Shown: positions 13,343 through 26,752, counted from the first letter of the whole stretch. The stretch: 62,915 nt of DNA, filler included, from Atractiella rhizophila (GCA_021432655.1; 3 parts of 3 records of this genome joined end to end with filler, not necessarily neighbours in it); one strand, 5' to 3'. The notes: generated by a model from the letters alone, not told the origin. A program made the numbers and translations.

Positions 13343-16300
13343 TCATTCCAAGTCCCACACAATGCGTCCGCCAGCTACGTCGTCGACTTCAGTATCATGC
13401 TCAGAGAGATGAATTATACTTACCCAAAACACATCCCATATTTCATCTGATACCAATTCCTAAAGCTCCCTTCTGGTAGCGATTCTCTTCACAGTTCCCC
13501 AACTTCCACCTTTGACAACCCAATGATCGACTTGCCCTTCTTTCACGAAGAAGTCTTCAGAGTACTCGGGGTAAAGTCGAGACTTCACAAAACCGTCGTA
13601 CAAGTCGAAGGCGGTGCAAGTCCATTCCCATACTCCGCCAGAAGTAGGAGCATTGACGGTGGTACTAAAAGATGCAGCTCAGCCGAGGCAAGCGTTAGAT
13701 GTCAAAAGTCTGCCTACGGTACGGGATGCCAGGTCTGGAAGTCCACATTCGAGGTGAAGGGATTAATCGGATACTTGTCGTAGAGCATCTGCAACTCGAA
13801 TTCAGTGGGAAGTCTGCCCCCCTTCGACTATTGCAACATGTTAGTGATAAAATCAACGCAACTTAGGTGCCAACTCACTCTCGCGTAGTCGGTTAGCATG
13901 TTGCCGCACCCAGTGACGGGCCAATGATTCGCATATGCAAGCGGAACGAGCCCATAAACCCGTTTTGACGCTCACGTTGCCCGTTTCATCCACCTTCCAG
14001 CTCTCTGGGGTCTTCCTGCCTGGTTCCTGCTTCCAAAAGTCGTAGTAATCGCCATTCGTAATCATCAACAAGCTGATCTTGAAAGGTTTCTTCACCTCCA
14101 CGATCCTTGTCGGGGATTCGTTATCCCAGCCATAGACATGGGAAGGAGACAGGACTGCATTGTCACGAGTGTCGACATCGTCAATTCCGAAGTTTAACGA
14201 GGACGGCTGAAACGTCTCAGTGGTTCCTAAATCTTGAGAACGATAGAGAGCATTCCAATGATTTGAGAGGGAGCGGAAGTCTGGGAATACTCGCTGAACT
14301 TGGAGGGGTTAATTTTTTCTGGCGCCATTTGCACGATCATGTATAGAATCGTCTCCAGGTGCATGGCTACATTCAACTTCAGCAAAAGAACAAAGCAGCC
14401 AGTGAATGTACGGAACGCACCTTCATGTTCGTATCCTAACCACAGGCTCCTCCCAAATGCTCTATCGACACCTCCTCCTTCTCTCTCATATTTCTTCTCG
14501 TCGTAAATCGTCTCCACCCTTTTCCTCACTGCATCGCGGAAGGCGAGGATCTCCTCCAAAGTTGGCCAGTCTTCTTTCACCTTCGGGACCTTGGAGTGAC
14601 GGTGAATCTGCATAGAGGCGTTGAATGCTAAGTCACAGCAGAGAAGCTTTCCAAATGGAAAACAGACTTTCGTAGGGTCTTCCATGTCCGGATCGATTCC
14701 GCGCTCAAAGATATCTCCTGAAATAGGCTGGTTCGGTGAGGATTTCCATCCAGCGCTCTCGTGAGATGAATATCCAAGAAAGTTGGAATCTGTTTTGGAT
14801 CACCATCATGTCATCCAAAGCGAAAGGGTACAACGTACATGTCCCTATTCTCTCTAGTCAGGATGATAACCCAACAAAAGGAGTAGAAGGACTGACAAGA
14901 TAGAATAAATTAATGTGCCTAAGGTCAATAGGCTTTTCATGCAACATCTCCTTCGGTATGATCTGATTGCCCCGGTCAACAGCTTGCCACCTTGGGGCGA
15001 AAGGAACCACTCACGTTCAGCGTCACCTCATCCCAGAGCTTCCACAGTCCCCTCCACTCCTCCATACTAGGTAGATTGCGTCCCATCTCCGCATACTCGT
15101 CTCCCCTTTCCACCAAATAAACGCCATAATAATCACCACCGTCCCTCCCTCCCTTCCAACACTTGGACGACTCTCAATCCGCTCTTCCTGAACATCTCTC
15201 TCGCCTGCTTCTCCGTCAACTTGTAGCTGACTTCCACATTGACGAGCTCTCCTTCTTTGAACTCAAGCTCCTTCTCTTCCCCTTCCACCGTGACGATCAC
15301 CTTTCCACCCTCCCTCAACCTCATATACGCCTCGTGTCTTCCCTCCTGCGCATTGAACCTATTGACGTACTCAGCGGGTGGCATTCCACCCTTCGCCTGC
15401 AAGATGGCACCCGGCATTCCTCCATCCGTTCTGAAACCAAGCAGCCGTCTTCCCGAACTCGTCATTATACGCTCTCTCAATCTTCGTCGCATCCTGACAT
15501 CCATCCAAACAGATGAGCAGCTTGTCCACTCCGGGACGGAAGAGCTCCGAGATGCGGGAGAGGAACGAAATAGCAGAGGTAGGGCTGAAGTTTCCCAAGG
15601 AAGAACCTAGGTGCAATAGGCATTTGGGAGGGTCGGTCGTTGAAGAATTGTTCAGACCGCCAGACGAAAGCCATTTTAGGCCTTGGAAATAGTCGGCACA
15701 TATCCCCCCGACTGAGATCTTTGAAGGGTCGCTCGGATGAGCTGTGGCGACTTTGGGGAAGGAGGTGGTGAGTTCGGAAAGCGTCTGCACCAATTGACGC
15801 TTTTCCAGGTCCAGCTAAGAAGAAGACTCGTCGTTCAGAATACGCAGGAGGAGACAAGGCACGGGAGATACGAACGGCATAGTACTTGAGCCCTGGAATG
15901 TGGAGCTTGTGCAACCCTGGCGAGAAGATGGCTGGTCTTCTCCAAACGGCCTGTACCATCCATCCTACGTTCATTAACAGTAACGGAGAGAAGAAAATTG
16001 ACGGACCCAGCACCAAGCTCCACTACCACCGGGGTAACAGTGCCTCCACCAGCGGGACCTCCTAAATGAGAATCGCAGCCATTCATCTTGCCCAACGATC
16101 CATTGACACTGCACGGCAAGCGCATAACAGTCAGCAAAGGGCCAGAAGTGAGGCGAAGAGGATTCGAAAGCAGACCCGTAATTGTTCGCTCCCACTCTGT
16201 CGTCTCCCCATTTCTCCTTCCCGTTCTCGTTCAACTTCCCATTCGCTCCATGTCCATTCGTTCCGTTCATGCCATTCTGTTTCAACTTCTCTTCTTCTTC

Positions 16301-16735
16301 TCGGCGTGCCCCGCCTGAGCCCGTGAAAAGGCCCATCATTCTCGCCGCCTTCCCGCCACAATCAAAAGGCAACCCGTCAGTGATCGGAAATGGAACAGAA
16401 AGCAGGGGTTAGTGGACGCACAATATCGTCTCCATGCCTCTTCAAGATATCGAGTTCGTCTTTGAACAAGTAATATGCTTCGAGGTTTGCTACTTCGGGG
16501 TACATTTCGAGGCCGACATTGTCGTAGAGCACCACTTGAGCAGAAGCCCTCCCATCAGCCTCTAACCTCTTCTGGAGGCGAAAGGAGGGAGAAGACAAAC
16601 TGGGATCTATAGTTTTGGAGAATCTCCAATCGCTTCCCCTCTGACTTCTTTAGAAGAGAGAGAGTCAAACAGCTGGCTCCCCAAAGAGCCAGCCTCCATG
16701 CTGCCTGTTCGCAAGTCGACAATTTCTGGTTTCAT
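13343..16735 (-). CDS. EGT1: Ergothioneine biosynthesis protein 1 (histidine methyltransferase fused to sulfoxide synthase/FGE-sulfatase domain)
   Basis: LYDNVGLE, YYLFKDE, VELGAGS, LGSSLGNF, AYND, EVSYK (EgtD-like part). EKPIDLRH, FERGIDPD, EHEAMHLET metal motif, GWDNESP, GGVWEWT, GGSW, RRSFRNWYQ, AGGRIVWDLE* (sulfoxide synthase part). Some single-base shifts, e.g. ~14715. Confidence 0.92.
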
Positions 16736-16756
16736 GATTGCTGAGTATTCTGCTGA

Positions 16757-16781
16757 NNNNNNNNNNNNNNNNNNNNNNNNN
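16757..16781. other. Assembly gap (25 N)
   Basis: Run of 25 N. Confidence 1.
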
Positions 16782-18803
16782 CCCGTTGACAGTATTCGCT
16801 TGAGCGTCCGAGCTCAATTTGCCCTGCTTCATAGGGAGACCATAGAAACTTGAGTCGCATGAAAGCGAGAAATCACAAAAATTCGACTTGCAGGCGTGAG
16901 CCGCTATTTTCTCAGAACCACTTTTGCAGTCGTTCGAATTTGAAACTCAATATAGGGCTCTAAATGGAGTTTATTTGCTTCATGATATATTGTAGTCAAC
17001 GTCCCTAGTTTATGGGGTGACGCAAACCGACATGAATGTTTCTGCCTTACAATCATGATGGCCGATTTTTGACACTCCCTCATAGATTTAAATTCGTTCT
17101 TTCTCGTTGAGGAAATCGTGAAGGCCTAACTTCTTAAATACCTGCGGCAGGTTGGTCCTAGGTCCATAATCTCCCAGTGCCCACGATGAAAGGGGCCGTC
17201 AACATTTTCCAGTTACCCTGTTCTTACCCCCATACAAAAAGGGTGCCTTAAATCCATCAGTCGAACTACCATCTACATTTTGACACTCGCGGTAGTCCGT
17301 CTACCTCCGTCTTTTACATTCCTAATTTCAGGCTTATTGCTTTGCCATGTCAGCAGCGACTGACAATTTGCACCACTCCTCTCAAATGATACCATAATAC
17401 GCCTGTCACCGATATGGGCCGACACATTCCTACTGTCCCCTCACCTTCTCGTACCGCGGTACCACCATGGACTGGATGGACATGAGGATCATTTGTGATC
17501 ATGGTGAGAGAGAAAGGGGGCACGGCTGTAGACGACTAGATTGACGAGATCGAGGAAGAGGAGGGGAGGAGGCAAGTTATAAAAGCTGCCTGATCTCTTC
17601 CCTTGCATGACATCAGCAATCTTTCTTGACCAGAAAATTACGCGAAGTAAACAAAAAAACTCAACAAAATGCCTCGAGTCTTTGTTATTACTGGTACTGC
17701 TAGGAGTGAGAAGTTGATTTCCTATCACTCAGCACTAATAGTCCCCAATCATTCATCAGTGAGTGCAAGCAATACAAATAGTTATGTGATTGGGGAAAAG
17801 AAGAAGAAGGGAAACACATCAAGCCATACTTAAAAGTCCGAGGGACGATGACACGCTTGTTAGAATAAAGTATTATCATATCCCAAGACTCTACTTTGTT
17901 TTGCTAACATCTACTAATGACACCCGTGCTTGCTTTGCCAGCATGCCCATCAAGAATGGCAAATTGAACCAGTTAGTGGCAAAGGTGATGATTGAAGATC
18001 CATAACCAATGTTCACGCTCTTGTTGACAGTCGATCCCTTATTCAATGCTCCAGATGATCCAAAAGTTGCGTGTATAACCTTATTAGCATAAACCTCCGG
18101 AGGCATTGATTTCCTTTGCCCTCGTTCCCTATTGGCAGTGAGCTGTTCAATGATAGCACTGGCGAATGGCGATCCTGCAGCGTTGTTTTGGAGTTATAAC
18201 TGTTCCTGTGTGAAGGAGAGGAAGACCTGCCTTCCTTGATAATCGCTTCGTCAAGCATTTTCTTGGTCATGTTTGACTTTATACCTCCTGAGTTAACATA
18301 GAGGACATCTATGTTAAATGGCCTCAGTTCCTCTCGCAAGGCCATGCTCCATCCATGAACTCCCGCTTTGGCAGCAGAGTATGGTGAGCTCCATATCTGA
18401 GGTCTGCATCATTCCGTTTAGATTGCGGTTGTAAGTGGAATGGAAAACACACAGCTTTGCGACAAGCGATCCAATGGTAATGATCAATCCATCCTTGTTC
18501 TGGAGCATCGATTTATTCAAAACCTCATGCGTAACGCGCATGGTTCCTGTCAACTGGAATCTAGAATTATCTGAGTATCCCAAGTACGAGGAAAACACTT
18601 ACGTTTACTTCTAAAATGTTTCTTAACTCCTTCTCAAAATCAAACTCGACGAAGGCCCCGATTTTCAGTGCTCCAGAATTATTGATAAGAACATCTATCC
18701 GTCCATTCGAGCCTGGGTGGGACAGAATGTTTGCAATTGCCTTCTTCACGGAGTCGGGGGACGTGATGTCCAGACATTCAAGGATGCAGCCCAGTTCTTC
18801 CAT
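16782..18803. repeat. Duplicated segment B, copy 2
   Basis: Match to 10223-12246. Confidence 0.95.
17891..18803 (-). CDS. SDR, second partial copy (5' part lost in gap)
   Basis: Near-identical to 11335-12246. Confidence 0.75.
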
Positions 18804-18903
18804 NNNNNNNNNNNNNNNNNNNNNNNNNNNNNNNNNNNNNNNNNNNNTTAATTAATTAANNNNNNNNNNNNNNNNNNNNNNNNNNNNNNNNNNNNNNNNN
18901 NNN
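18804..18903. other. Artificial contig linker
   Basis: N44 + TTAATTAATTAA (stops in all six frames) + N44. An identical linker is at 48367. Confidence 0.95.
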
Positions 18904-19774
18904 GCGGCAGCGATGACGGACCCGAAGCAGGTCGATGATTCGGCGAACGACTTGATCTCCAAGCTTGGAGGAAGGCTTACCGATCTCGACCTCCTCATTC
19001 AAAAATTGAAAACCGGGCTCTCGGTTCAAGAAGCGGTTGAAGATATTGTCCAGAGGAACACAACAGAGCTTCAGAAGAAGATTTTCGGCAGTACACTTGG
19101 TGGATCTTTTGGAGAGATCCCGAAGGAATCACCCTGGACCCAAAAGCAGGCCTGGTTTCTCGTTAAAGCTTTAGCTGACAACGAAGAAGTGGGTTGCTAC
19201 CCCAATTGAATCTTCGCTAACACTTGAACAGATAAACTTTGCGGAAACCTTCGCCAACTCGCCCTTCGAAGGCGACAGAGCTGCTATGACTGCACTCGAA
19301 CAGATTGAAATGATTTCCATACAGAAAAAATCAGGTTCGTCCGAAACTCCTTTTGCCCGTTACGTGTCGTTTATATTTCGAATAGGTGGTTCTGTCATCC
19401 GGCCTGGTAAACCAGTTTATCGCTCTGTTTTCCAGCGCCTTGTCGCGGATCCAAACTTCGCAACAGTTCAAGAACTGCTCGTTACCTCCAAGTCCATTTC
19501 TTCCACTGAAAAAGCGATTAAGGACGCACAAGAGGAGCTTCTGGAACTGGGCAAGGTGTGGAGCTACTCGTCTAGTGGCACTCCTTATCCCATCACCGCT
19601 CGAATGAAGAAGGTTTTGGATGGAATGGAAGCGAATCAAAAGACGTTGGAGGGTCTAGAAAAGAAGCAGGGCGAGCTGATGAGAAAGATTAAAGCTCTAG
19701 GAAAGGAACGACGTGCTGACGAGGACGAGGAGGAGAAGAAGAATTCATTCGGTGTCGGCTGGTTCTCTAAATAG
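18904..19774 (+). CDS. YME2: Mitochondrial escape protein 2 (RNA12 domain), 3' part
   Basis: LGGRLTDL, AVEDIV, WTQKQAW, LEQIEMISI, IRPGKPVYRSVFQRL, followed by a C-terminal coiled coil. Confidence 0.85.
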
Positions 19775-22017
19775 TGGCTACCGACCATTGTGGATAGTTT
19801 ACTATGTATTTTATTCTGTTGCAAACGTATACACCATATTGCACCAGCTTTCAACTCCTTCAGAGCATGAAAGCTCTTCAGACAAATGTGATTGATTGAA
19901 TACATGATCCCATGTGCTAGAATTAACCCTGTGCGGTCCAGTAAGCGACCTAGAGAGAAATGGTTTCCGTCTGTTACACTTCTTTCATGTAGGAGTCCCC
20001 TTTCTAAACAATCGCGCACTTACAGCTCCGAAAGATGTATCAACCCAATAAAGAGTGAATTAGAAGAACTAATCGCAACTGCCAACCTTCAAATCAGATG
20101 AAGCCTGTGCCCATTGGTGCAGAGCCACTACCATTTCTTTCCTCCGTTATCCATGCCTAGAAACGTTTCAATAAGTACCGGAATGGAAGGTGACAATGCT
20201 TACAACGATAATATGCAGCGCAACAGTCGGCATCTCGCCTTGCGCCTCCTGTGCAGTGATGAATCCCGAGCTCCCTCTTCCCGAGCCCATCTAGCCGCAA
20301 CAAGTGGCGAAACCATCGAGGTCGTGCACGAGATAATCTTGCCGCCCCCTCCCCGCTGAATAAAGAACGAAACGTCACAGTTAATATTTCAATCTCCTCA
20401 TAATCAGACCAGACGACAGTAAAAGAAGCGAGCATCAATCGTCCACCAGTGACGAACGCGAGGAGGCGCTTGCGTCCTTTATACAAATGAGTTTATTTTT
20501 GCGAAGTAGAAAACCGTGGAGCCGGACGCGGAGGGGAGGTTTGAAATGTCTTTGCTCAAGGAATGGGAGGTACGTGCTGACAGCGTGAGCATGTAAGATC
20601 AAAGGTAGACATATTCGGTAAGCGAGAGAAAATGTCGGTAGAAGAGTAGAGGGCAAACGATAGGGAATATTTCCCAGCTGCAACAGACTTGTAATCGATT
20701 CAAGGACTTGAGGTGGTACATTCGAATCCAGTCAAGCGGTCAAGATGCTCCTTTTGCTTTCGCCAAGTCCAAATAGCCACGTAGACTGTGGAATTGAGAG
20801 GCATTCACCTTTCTCGACATCGTGGTCTTTAACGACGTGGACGCTGCCAAGGGCGACCTTGTTCAACTCGTAGACAAGGGAATCCAATTATCCACACAAG
20901 TAGCTTTGGCCATGTTGAGATATCCGCCTCAGTCCAAGGAATGAGGGTGGAGGGAGGTCGCAGACGAGCTCTGAGAGCGAAAGCAGTTCGATGTTGACTA
21001 GTTCCCCGTGATGAACCAATGAAAGTGGGGTCAGGATGTCGAAAGCCTTTGGTACCTCCGCTCCACATCGGAACGAGAGCCAACTCCAGCTTCCGACCTG
21101 GGCTCCAATCACCAGATCCTCCATCGCGCCAAAGTGGCGAAAGAACTCTATGGCCTACAATGTCTCTCAACCTAGAGCAGCTAATTGGTTGATTCTGTAC
21201 TCATTTTGTGAGCTGCAGTATGGAAAATAAACGGAGGCACACACGAACCGCACTGGGTGGCACAAAATGACTTACAGATGATAGAGATATAGTGGTTGTA
21301 GCACTACAATCGACGCTGGATGAGAAATTGCTAAAATCAATGTCATGAACCCCCGTAAATGCAATAACGAGATAGGAGTAGCTTGCACTGTCTAAGGATG
21401 CACTGCTGGTGTAATGGATACTGTCGAAATAGGTACCAAGAAAGTGTGAGAGCTTGCTGAGAAGCTAATGCTGGCCTCCTGTAATTGTAAAATTAGGCAC
21501 GAGAGAGCTGGCGGGATGGCTAGTCAGGATCACACCCAAGACAGGACGGATGGAAGACTAGGGAGTGGATAAGTCAATTTCTGAGCAATTCAAGGTGACT
21601 AGATTTGGTCTAGACATCTACTGTCATTCTACTTGCACTTAGCTTATCTCCTTTGACAGATGGCGGAATACAATGGCCACAAACGCAGCATCAAAGACAA
21701 ACAAAAATGGTTGGCCTGACATTTCCACAAACTTCCACGACCAGAGAATTGAATCCCATTTTGCATGCATGGCACATCACATTGCGAGTCGGACTCGGAA
21801 ATGTTCTAGACATTTCAAGTTGTCACGGTGCATGTTAACAATGCCTTGCGTAATCCGTGCTGAGGACGGAAACGGAGAGTGGAGAAGTACGTAACTGGCA
21901 GGAGTGCACAGGTTTGCCCACTCCTTAGACCACTTTGCCTCACGCGGCACGAGTATAATATAAGAGGATTTCCTCTGCGCTCTGCGCTCTTCGCAATTCA
22001 CCTCACGTTCCTGCAAA

Positions 22018-22787
22018 ATGAAGTCCCTCCTCCTCATTCCTGCGCTGCTTGCTGCTCAAGCTTCAGCTATCACCATTACTTTCACGAACCGATGCTCTTA
22101 CACGATATGGCCCGCTTTGGGAAGGGCGCCGTGGGGAGCTGTTGACCCCAGCGTTGCCTGGGGAGACGTCTTGCCGTCTGGTCAGACCAAGAGCGTTTCA
22201 GTTGATAGCAATCTCACTGTGCGTCTCCTGCTGTTCATCAGCTCTGAGTAATTTGTGACGTTACCCCAGGGAATCCGCGCTTGGGGAAGGACAGGCTGTG
22301 ACGGTTCGGGTGCTAACTGTGCGACTGGCAGGTGCAACGGAGGTTTGTGTCATCGCGCGAGCTTGTTTGCATTACTAACGCAACATCTTTTCAGGCTTGG
22401 TATGCAACGATGCCGGAATCACTGCTGCCGCCCTTTTTGCTGAGGAGGGTTACGCTGACTTTGGGCAGTGGGGAGGATTGAGGACGAGCTGGGACTTGAG
22501 GTAGGTTGTCAATTCGATCCTCGAATTCAATTTAACCTTTTTACCTGAATCTAGCTACGTTGGAGGATCCATTAATATCCCCATCAGGCTCAGTGCAGCT
22601 GATGGACAGAGTGTAACTTGCGTGCCAGGAAACTGCCCTAAAGATCAGGCATGGCAGACTAATGACGACGGAGGAGTTGCTGACAGGTCCGTCCATCCCC
22701 AATTATTTCACTCGTTCATGGAAAATTAATACTGGTTTCAGGAACTCCGCTCTTGGGACTGGGCTTACCGTTACTTTCTGTCCGTAA
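22018..22787 (+). CDS. Small secreted thaumatin-like protein
   Basis: Signal peptide, NRCSYTIWPA, RAWGRTGC, CATGRCNGGLVC, WDLSYV, TVTFCP*. Four short introns. Confidence 0.92.
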
Positions 22788-23276
22788 TTCCATAACCATG
22801 GCTTAGTTGAGAAGCAATCCATGAGACCTTTACTGTACTGGTAACTGAGATGCTGCGTCCAAATCTATGGTCAACTTATGACGAGGCTGCGCACGAAAGT
22901 GCAAAAGTACCCATACTCGTTGATTTGATTGCAGTCTTGTGTCGTAGTAATAAACTGTCCGAACTTTGTGACGGTCATTTCTTCCGTAGTTGTTTATGTA
23001 AAGCTTGAGACCTTCGTTGTAAGCCTTGAAGTGAACGAAGGAAAGGTCTTAAGCACGAAGAACAGTTAGTCAGCTACTTGAACTCATTTTGCGACCACAT
23101 TCCAACCCTCACTCTGCATTCAATATTGTGAGAACACACTCTATGTAATAGGCTTCATTTTTTCGTACAAAGTAAGTATCCAGTGATTATTGTATTACGA
23201 TGCAACTGTGGAAATATGCTCAAGGATTCTAGGAAGTAGTCCCAAGTGGCATCTCGGATTCCTTCGAGGTTTTATC

Positions 23277-24861
23277 ATGTCCCAGACCCTACTCAAACAG
23301 CTCAAGCAGTATCTTCTTCAGACTCACTTCTCCCTCCCAACGGCTCGCCAAGCGACTAGTTACAAAGCGAAATTTCTCAGCCCGCCCTCCACATATGCGG
23401 CTGCTCAAGAGCGAGGCGTGGTTCAATGCCATAGTCAACAGATTCTCGGCAGCTCAGATACGAAGAATGATATCTTCGTTCCCGAAGTCTTCGAAAACCA
23501 GCCTATCCAAATATACTCCAATGACATGGGGAAGGAACGAACGCGCCGTCAACTTGACGCTTTTACTCAACGCGTGGCCCGAGTGTCACCGATTTTGAGG
23601 CACCATTACAAGGCTTTGAAAGCTCGTTTCAACTCGGCGATGCTTTATCGCGAGCACAGTAGCCTTAGTTGGCTATATCGAGAGCAACCTTTTTCGGACA
23701 CTGGGGATGAGAGGACTCGACAACCATCTCTTTTGAATGAATTCAGATCGCTACTTCTCAACCGTATCAAAACTGCCGTTAACACGACTATCTTCGGTTT
23801 CAACAAGGAGCCTAATAGAGGCAGAATGAGTGTTGACAAAGTGTGTGGTTTCACGATCACATTTTCTACTTGCCTGATCCCCATTCTGGTTTAGTTCTCC
23901 AATGTCGCTAACACAGACGCCAACGCCAACTTTACACCGAAAGTTGGTCGCGGTAGCACTTTGTCTGATGGGGGGTATTCTCGAGAAGGCGACGGACCAG
24001 AGGATAACCCTTGCCGCGGTTTACATGAGCAACCATTCTGGGCTGGACAATGCCAACATCCACAGCAACTTGCATTTGATCTCTCCATGGTACTGAGTCT
24101 ATTTCTTTCAATTTCTTGTTTATCGCGGTGGTTGACCATGTTTAGATTCATCGTCTGAAAATTTTGTACAACTTGAGAGGGTACGACCTCAAAACCTACG
24201 ATCTGACCCTCGCTCTTGCTGGCACGATCCCGGCCGGTAAGGAATGGCCATCGGCAGCCGTATCTACACCAAGTGACGAGCCTCATATTTGTTTCAATTA
24301 TGAATGTGGTCCTAGGTGGGAGGGCGGGCAAGCCTTCAGAGGACATCTTCCCGGAACCTCCATGACCGTCATATCAAAGACATATGACGACGACACCAAA
24401 GAAAGGATGCTGCGTGAAGTATCGGTCTATCGTTATCTAGCTCCTCATCGGCTACCCTTCGTTCCTAAACTTTACGGTGTCTGGCAATTGGGGAGCGAGT
24501 ACCCAATGTACTGCTTCCTACTTGAAGATGTCGGGCAGTCAACGTGGGATCTGTTAGGGAAACCCATAGGGAATTTGTCCGGGCTCCCCGAGAGCGACAA
24601 GTGAGTCTTCCTTCCTTGAAACTTGTGGCGCGATTGTATTTGTTCTGATGCGAAATCGCTAGGGACCAACTTTGGCGACATGTGCTCCAGTTGCACTCCA
24701 TTGGAGTGACGCACGGGGATATTGATTCGTACAACATCTTTCGAAGACCTGACGGGTCGCTCGCTCTCATTGATTTCCACATGGCGAAGATTGGACACAA
24801 ATGTGAAGGGCCAGACAATTGCCCAGAAATGAAATCTTTGAGGCGGATGCTTTTCCCTTAA
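23277..24861 (+). CDS. Protein with C-terminal protein-kinase-like domain
   Basis: REVSVY, VPKLYG, LLEDVG, LHSIGVTHGDIDSYNI, LALIDF, HKCEGPDNCPE. The N-terminal ~250 aa are unrecognised. Confidence 0.7.
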
Positions 24862-25080
24862 GGAGGGACGCGAGAAGAGAGCACTCTCTTACTATATGTG
24901 TGCTAGGTGAGAATATTTGCGGTGCATTTGTGTATAGACAACAGATTAAGTATGTAGTGATCGTAACCCTTCGCACTCAGAAAATCCTTGGTTGATGCAA
25001 GACTGATATTCTCTCTCGGGAGAGGATAGAATGGAGAGACTCGAACATCGGATCGGATAGCAATTCCCACTATCACTAGA

Positions 25081-26752
25081 TCATACGACTTTGGCGAGAT
25101 GTGATCTGAGCGGTACATTCTTGCTCCCTCCGGTCTTCGGGAAGCCTTCCAGCTTCACTCCCTTCCTGAAGAGCAGACAATGGGTCGAACCTCCAAAGTG
25201 GAACCTATCTCCCGACAACGTGAATGAACTCCATGCCTTCCTTTAGCAAGAGATAGGCTGTAGAGGACGTACATTCCGATCTCATCTCCTTTCTTGACCT
25301 TCTGCCCGACCTGTTAACCATGGTGAGTTTTATAAGAGAGAGAATGCAGGAAGAGGCAAACCTTGACTCCGATGTCGCAAGTGCTGACTTCCACCATTCC
25401 CACGCCCACAAAACACGTCAGTCCAATCTTCTTATTATCGGCTTCGATAAATATCAGCGCGCGGGTCGCCACCGCCGCCTGATACGCCTGACTAGTGACC
25501 TCGCCCTGCGCATCCGCGCCGTCCTTCATCTCGTCGAAATCTGAGAACAACGGTTCAGAGTAATACGTGCCATCGATATTCCGAACTTTGACGATGGTTC
25601 CAGAGACGGGGGAATGCCATCGATGGTAGGACAGGGATGAGAGGAAAGCCTGGTAGATCGTCCCGCCTACGAATTGGTCCGCCCACTCATCGTTGTCCAG
25701 CATGTCATTGACAGAGTACGGCTGGCCCTTCGTCCAGAACCTATCTCGCGCCTTCACATTGTGTGCGACCGCATACGGCACGCTCTCGCATGCGTTCGCG
25801 ATTACGTCGTCGTCGTCTGGACTAGCAACTGGACGGACATGTTCGCGGAAATGGCGTGTGAAGAAGTCGTCCCAGCTCTTAAATCCATAGTGTTTCTTCT
25901 CCTTCTCGCACTCGTATATCTCCTCAAACTTCCTCTTCGGTCCCTCGACGTTCGCGGCTTCTTCGAGGTGTTGGAGACCGTGAGGGGACAGCCAGCCGTC
26001 GAGAACGTCGGCGGAAGCTGGGGAGCGGAGGTAGGACCCCCAGGCGTTGAGGATCTTTTTGAATGCTTGGTTGAGTTGGGGGTCGAGGAAGAGGGAGAAA
26101 CCGGCTTTGGTTCCCATTCCCCAGTCGAGGATCGCATTTATTGGGATCCCTGCATCCTCCTCAGTTCGCACAGCTTGAGGTATAGGAGAGGATAGACGCA
26201 CCGACTAGACCGACGCTCTCCCCTTTGTCGGACCACGCTGGAGCTGTGGTAATGACGTGGTTCAGGACTTCGAGGAGGTGGTGGTAGTCTCTTATCTCGG
26301 GATTTCCTTTTGGGTCCCTGTTGTAAGGCGCCTTGTTTGGTACTATCCCCAAATAGTCCAGTATCAGCCTCTTTCCAAGCAGTAACGAAGTCATCAGAAG
26401 TAAACGATCCCAGCTAACTGGCACAGGGATGTGTTGCCGAAAGCGAAAGACAAAAGAGGGGAAGGACATACTCTCAGAAAACATAGTCTCGAAAAGCATG
26501 AAGATCCTCGTATTGTTCTCAATCAAATCCTTAAGGCCTTTGATGGACTCATCAAACTTCTCTGGCGGAGTAGGATTGGATTCGACATGTTTCAGTGTGG
26601 ACTGGAGCCAGGATCGATGATGCTTATGGTCGCGGGGTAGCCAACCACCGTCGCTGTTTCCCAATGCCAAATGGTGAATTTCTGCAGGGCAGGATAGATG
26701 AAGAGACAGACGTCTGGAATCTTTGTTGTTCGCTTGATTTGTCGTTACCCAT
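25081..26752 (-). CDS. Phosphatidylserine decarboxylase-like protein (PSDC-domain/PsiD-like pyruvoyl decarboxylase)
   Basis: GGWLP, GLVG-IPINAILDW, YGFKSWDDFFTR, NACES, KGQPYS, YQAFLSSLSYHRWHSPVSG, GMVEVS, FHFGGSTH self-cleavage motif. Confidence 0.93.

Noticed and set aside
16782..18803. True tandem duplication of the SDR around Egt1
   Set aside because: The copy is bounded by gaps on both sides, so it cannot be distinguished from an alternate haplotype without reads.
18848..18859. TTAATTAATTAA as a biological motif (also at 48411)
   Set aside because: It is centred in N44 runs with identical layout twice, so it is a synthetic six-frame-stop linker.
19900..21900. Scattered short ORFs between YME2 and the thaumatin gene
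   Set aside because: No recognisable motifs or coherent exon chain.
8185..26752. Psilocybin-like cluster (methyltransferase + kinase + PsiD-like)
   Set aside because: The methyltransferase is LaeA-like rather than PsiM-like and lies across an artificial linker. No P450 is present.
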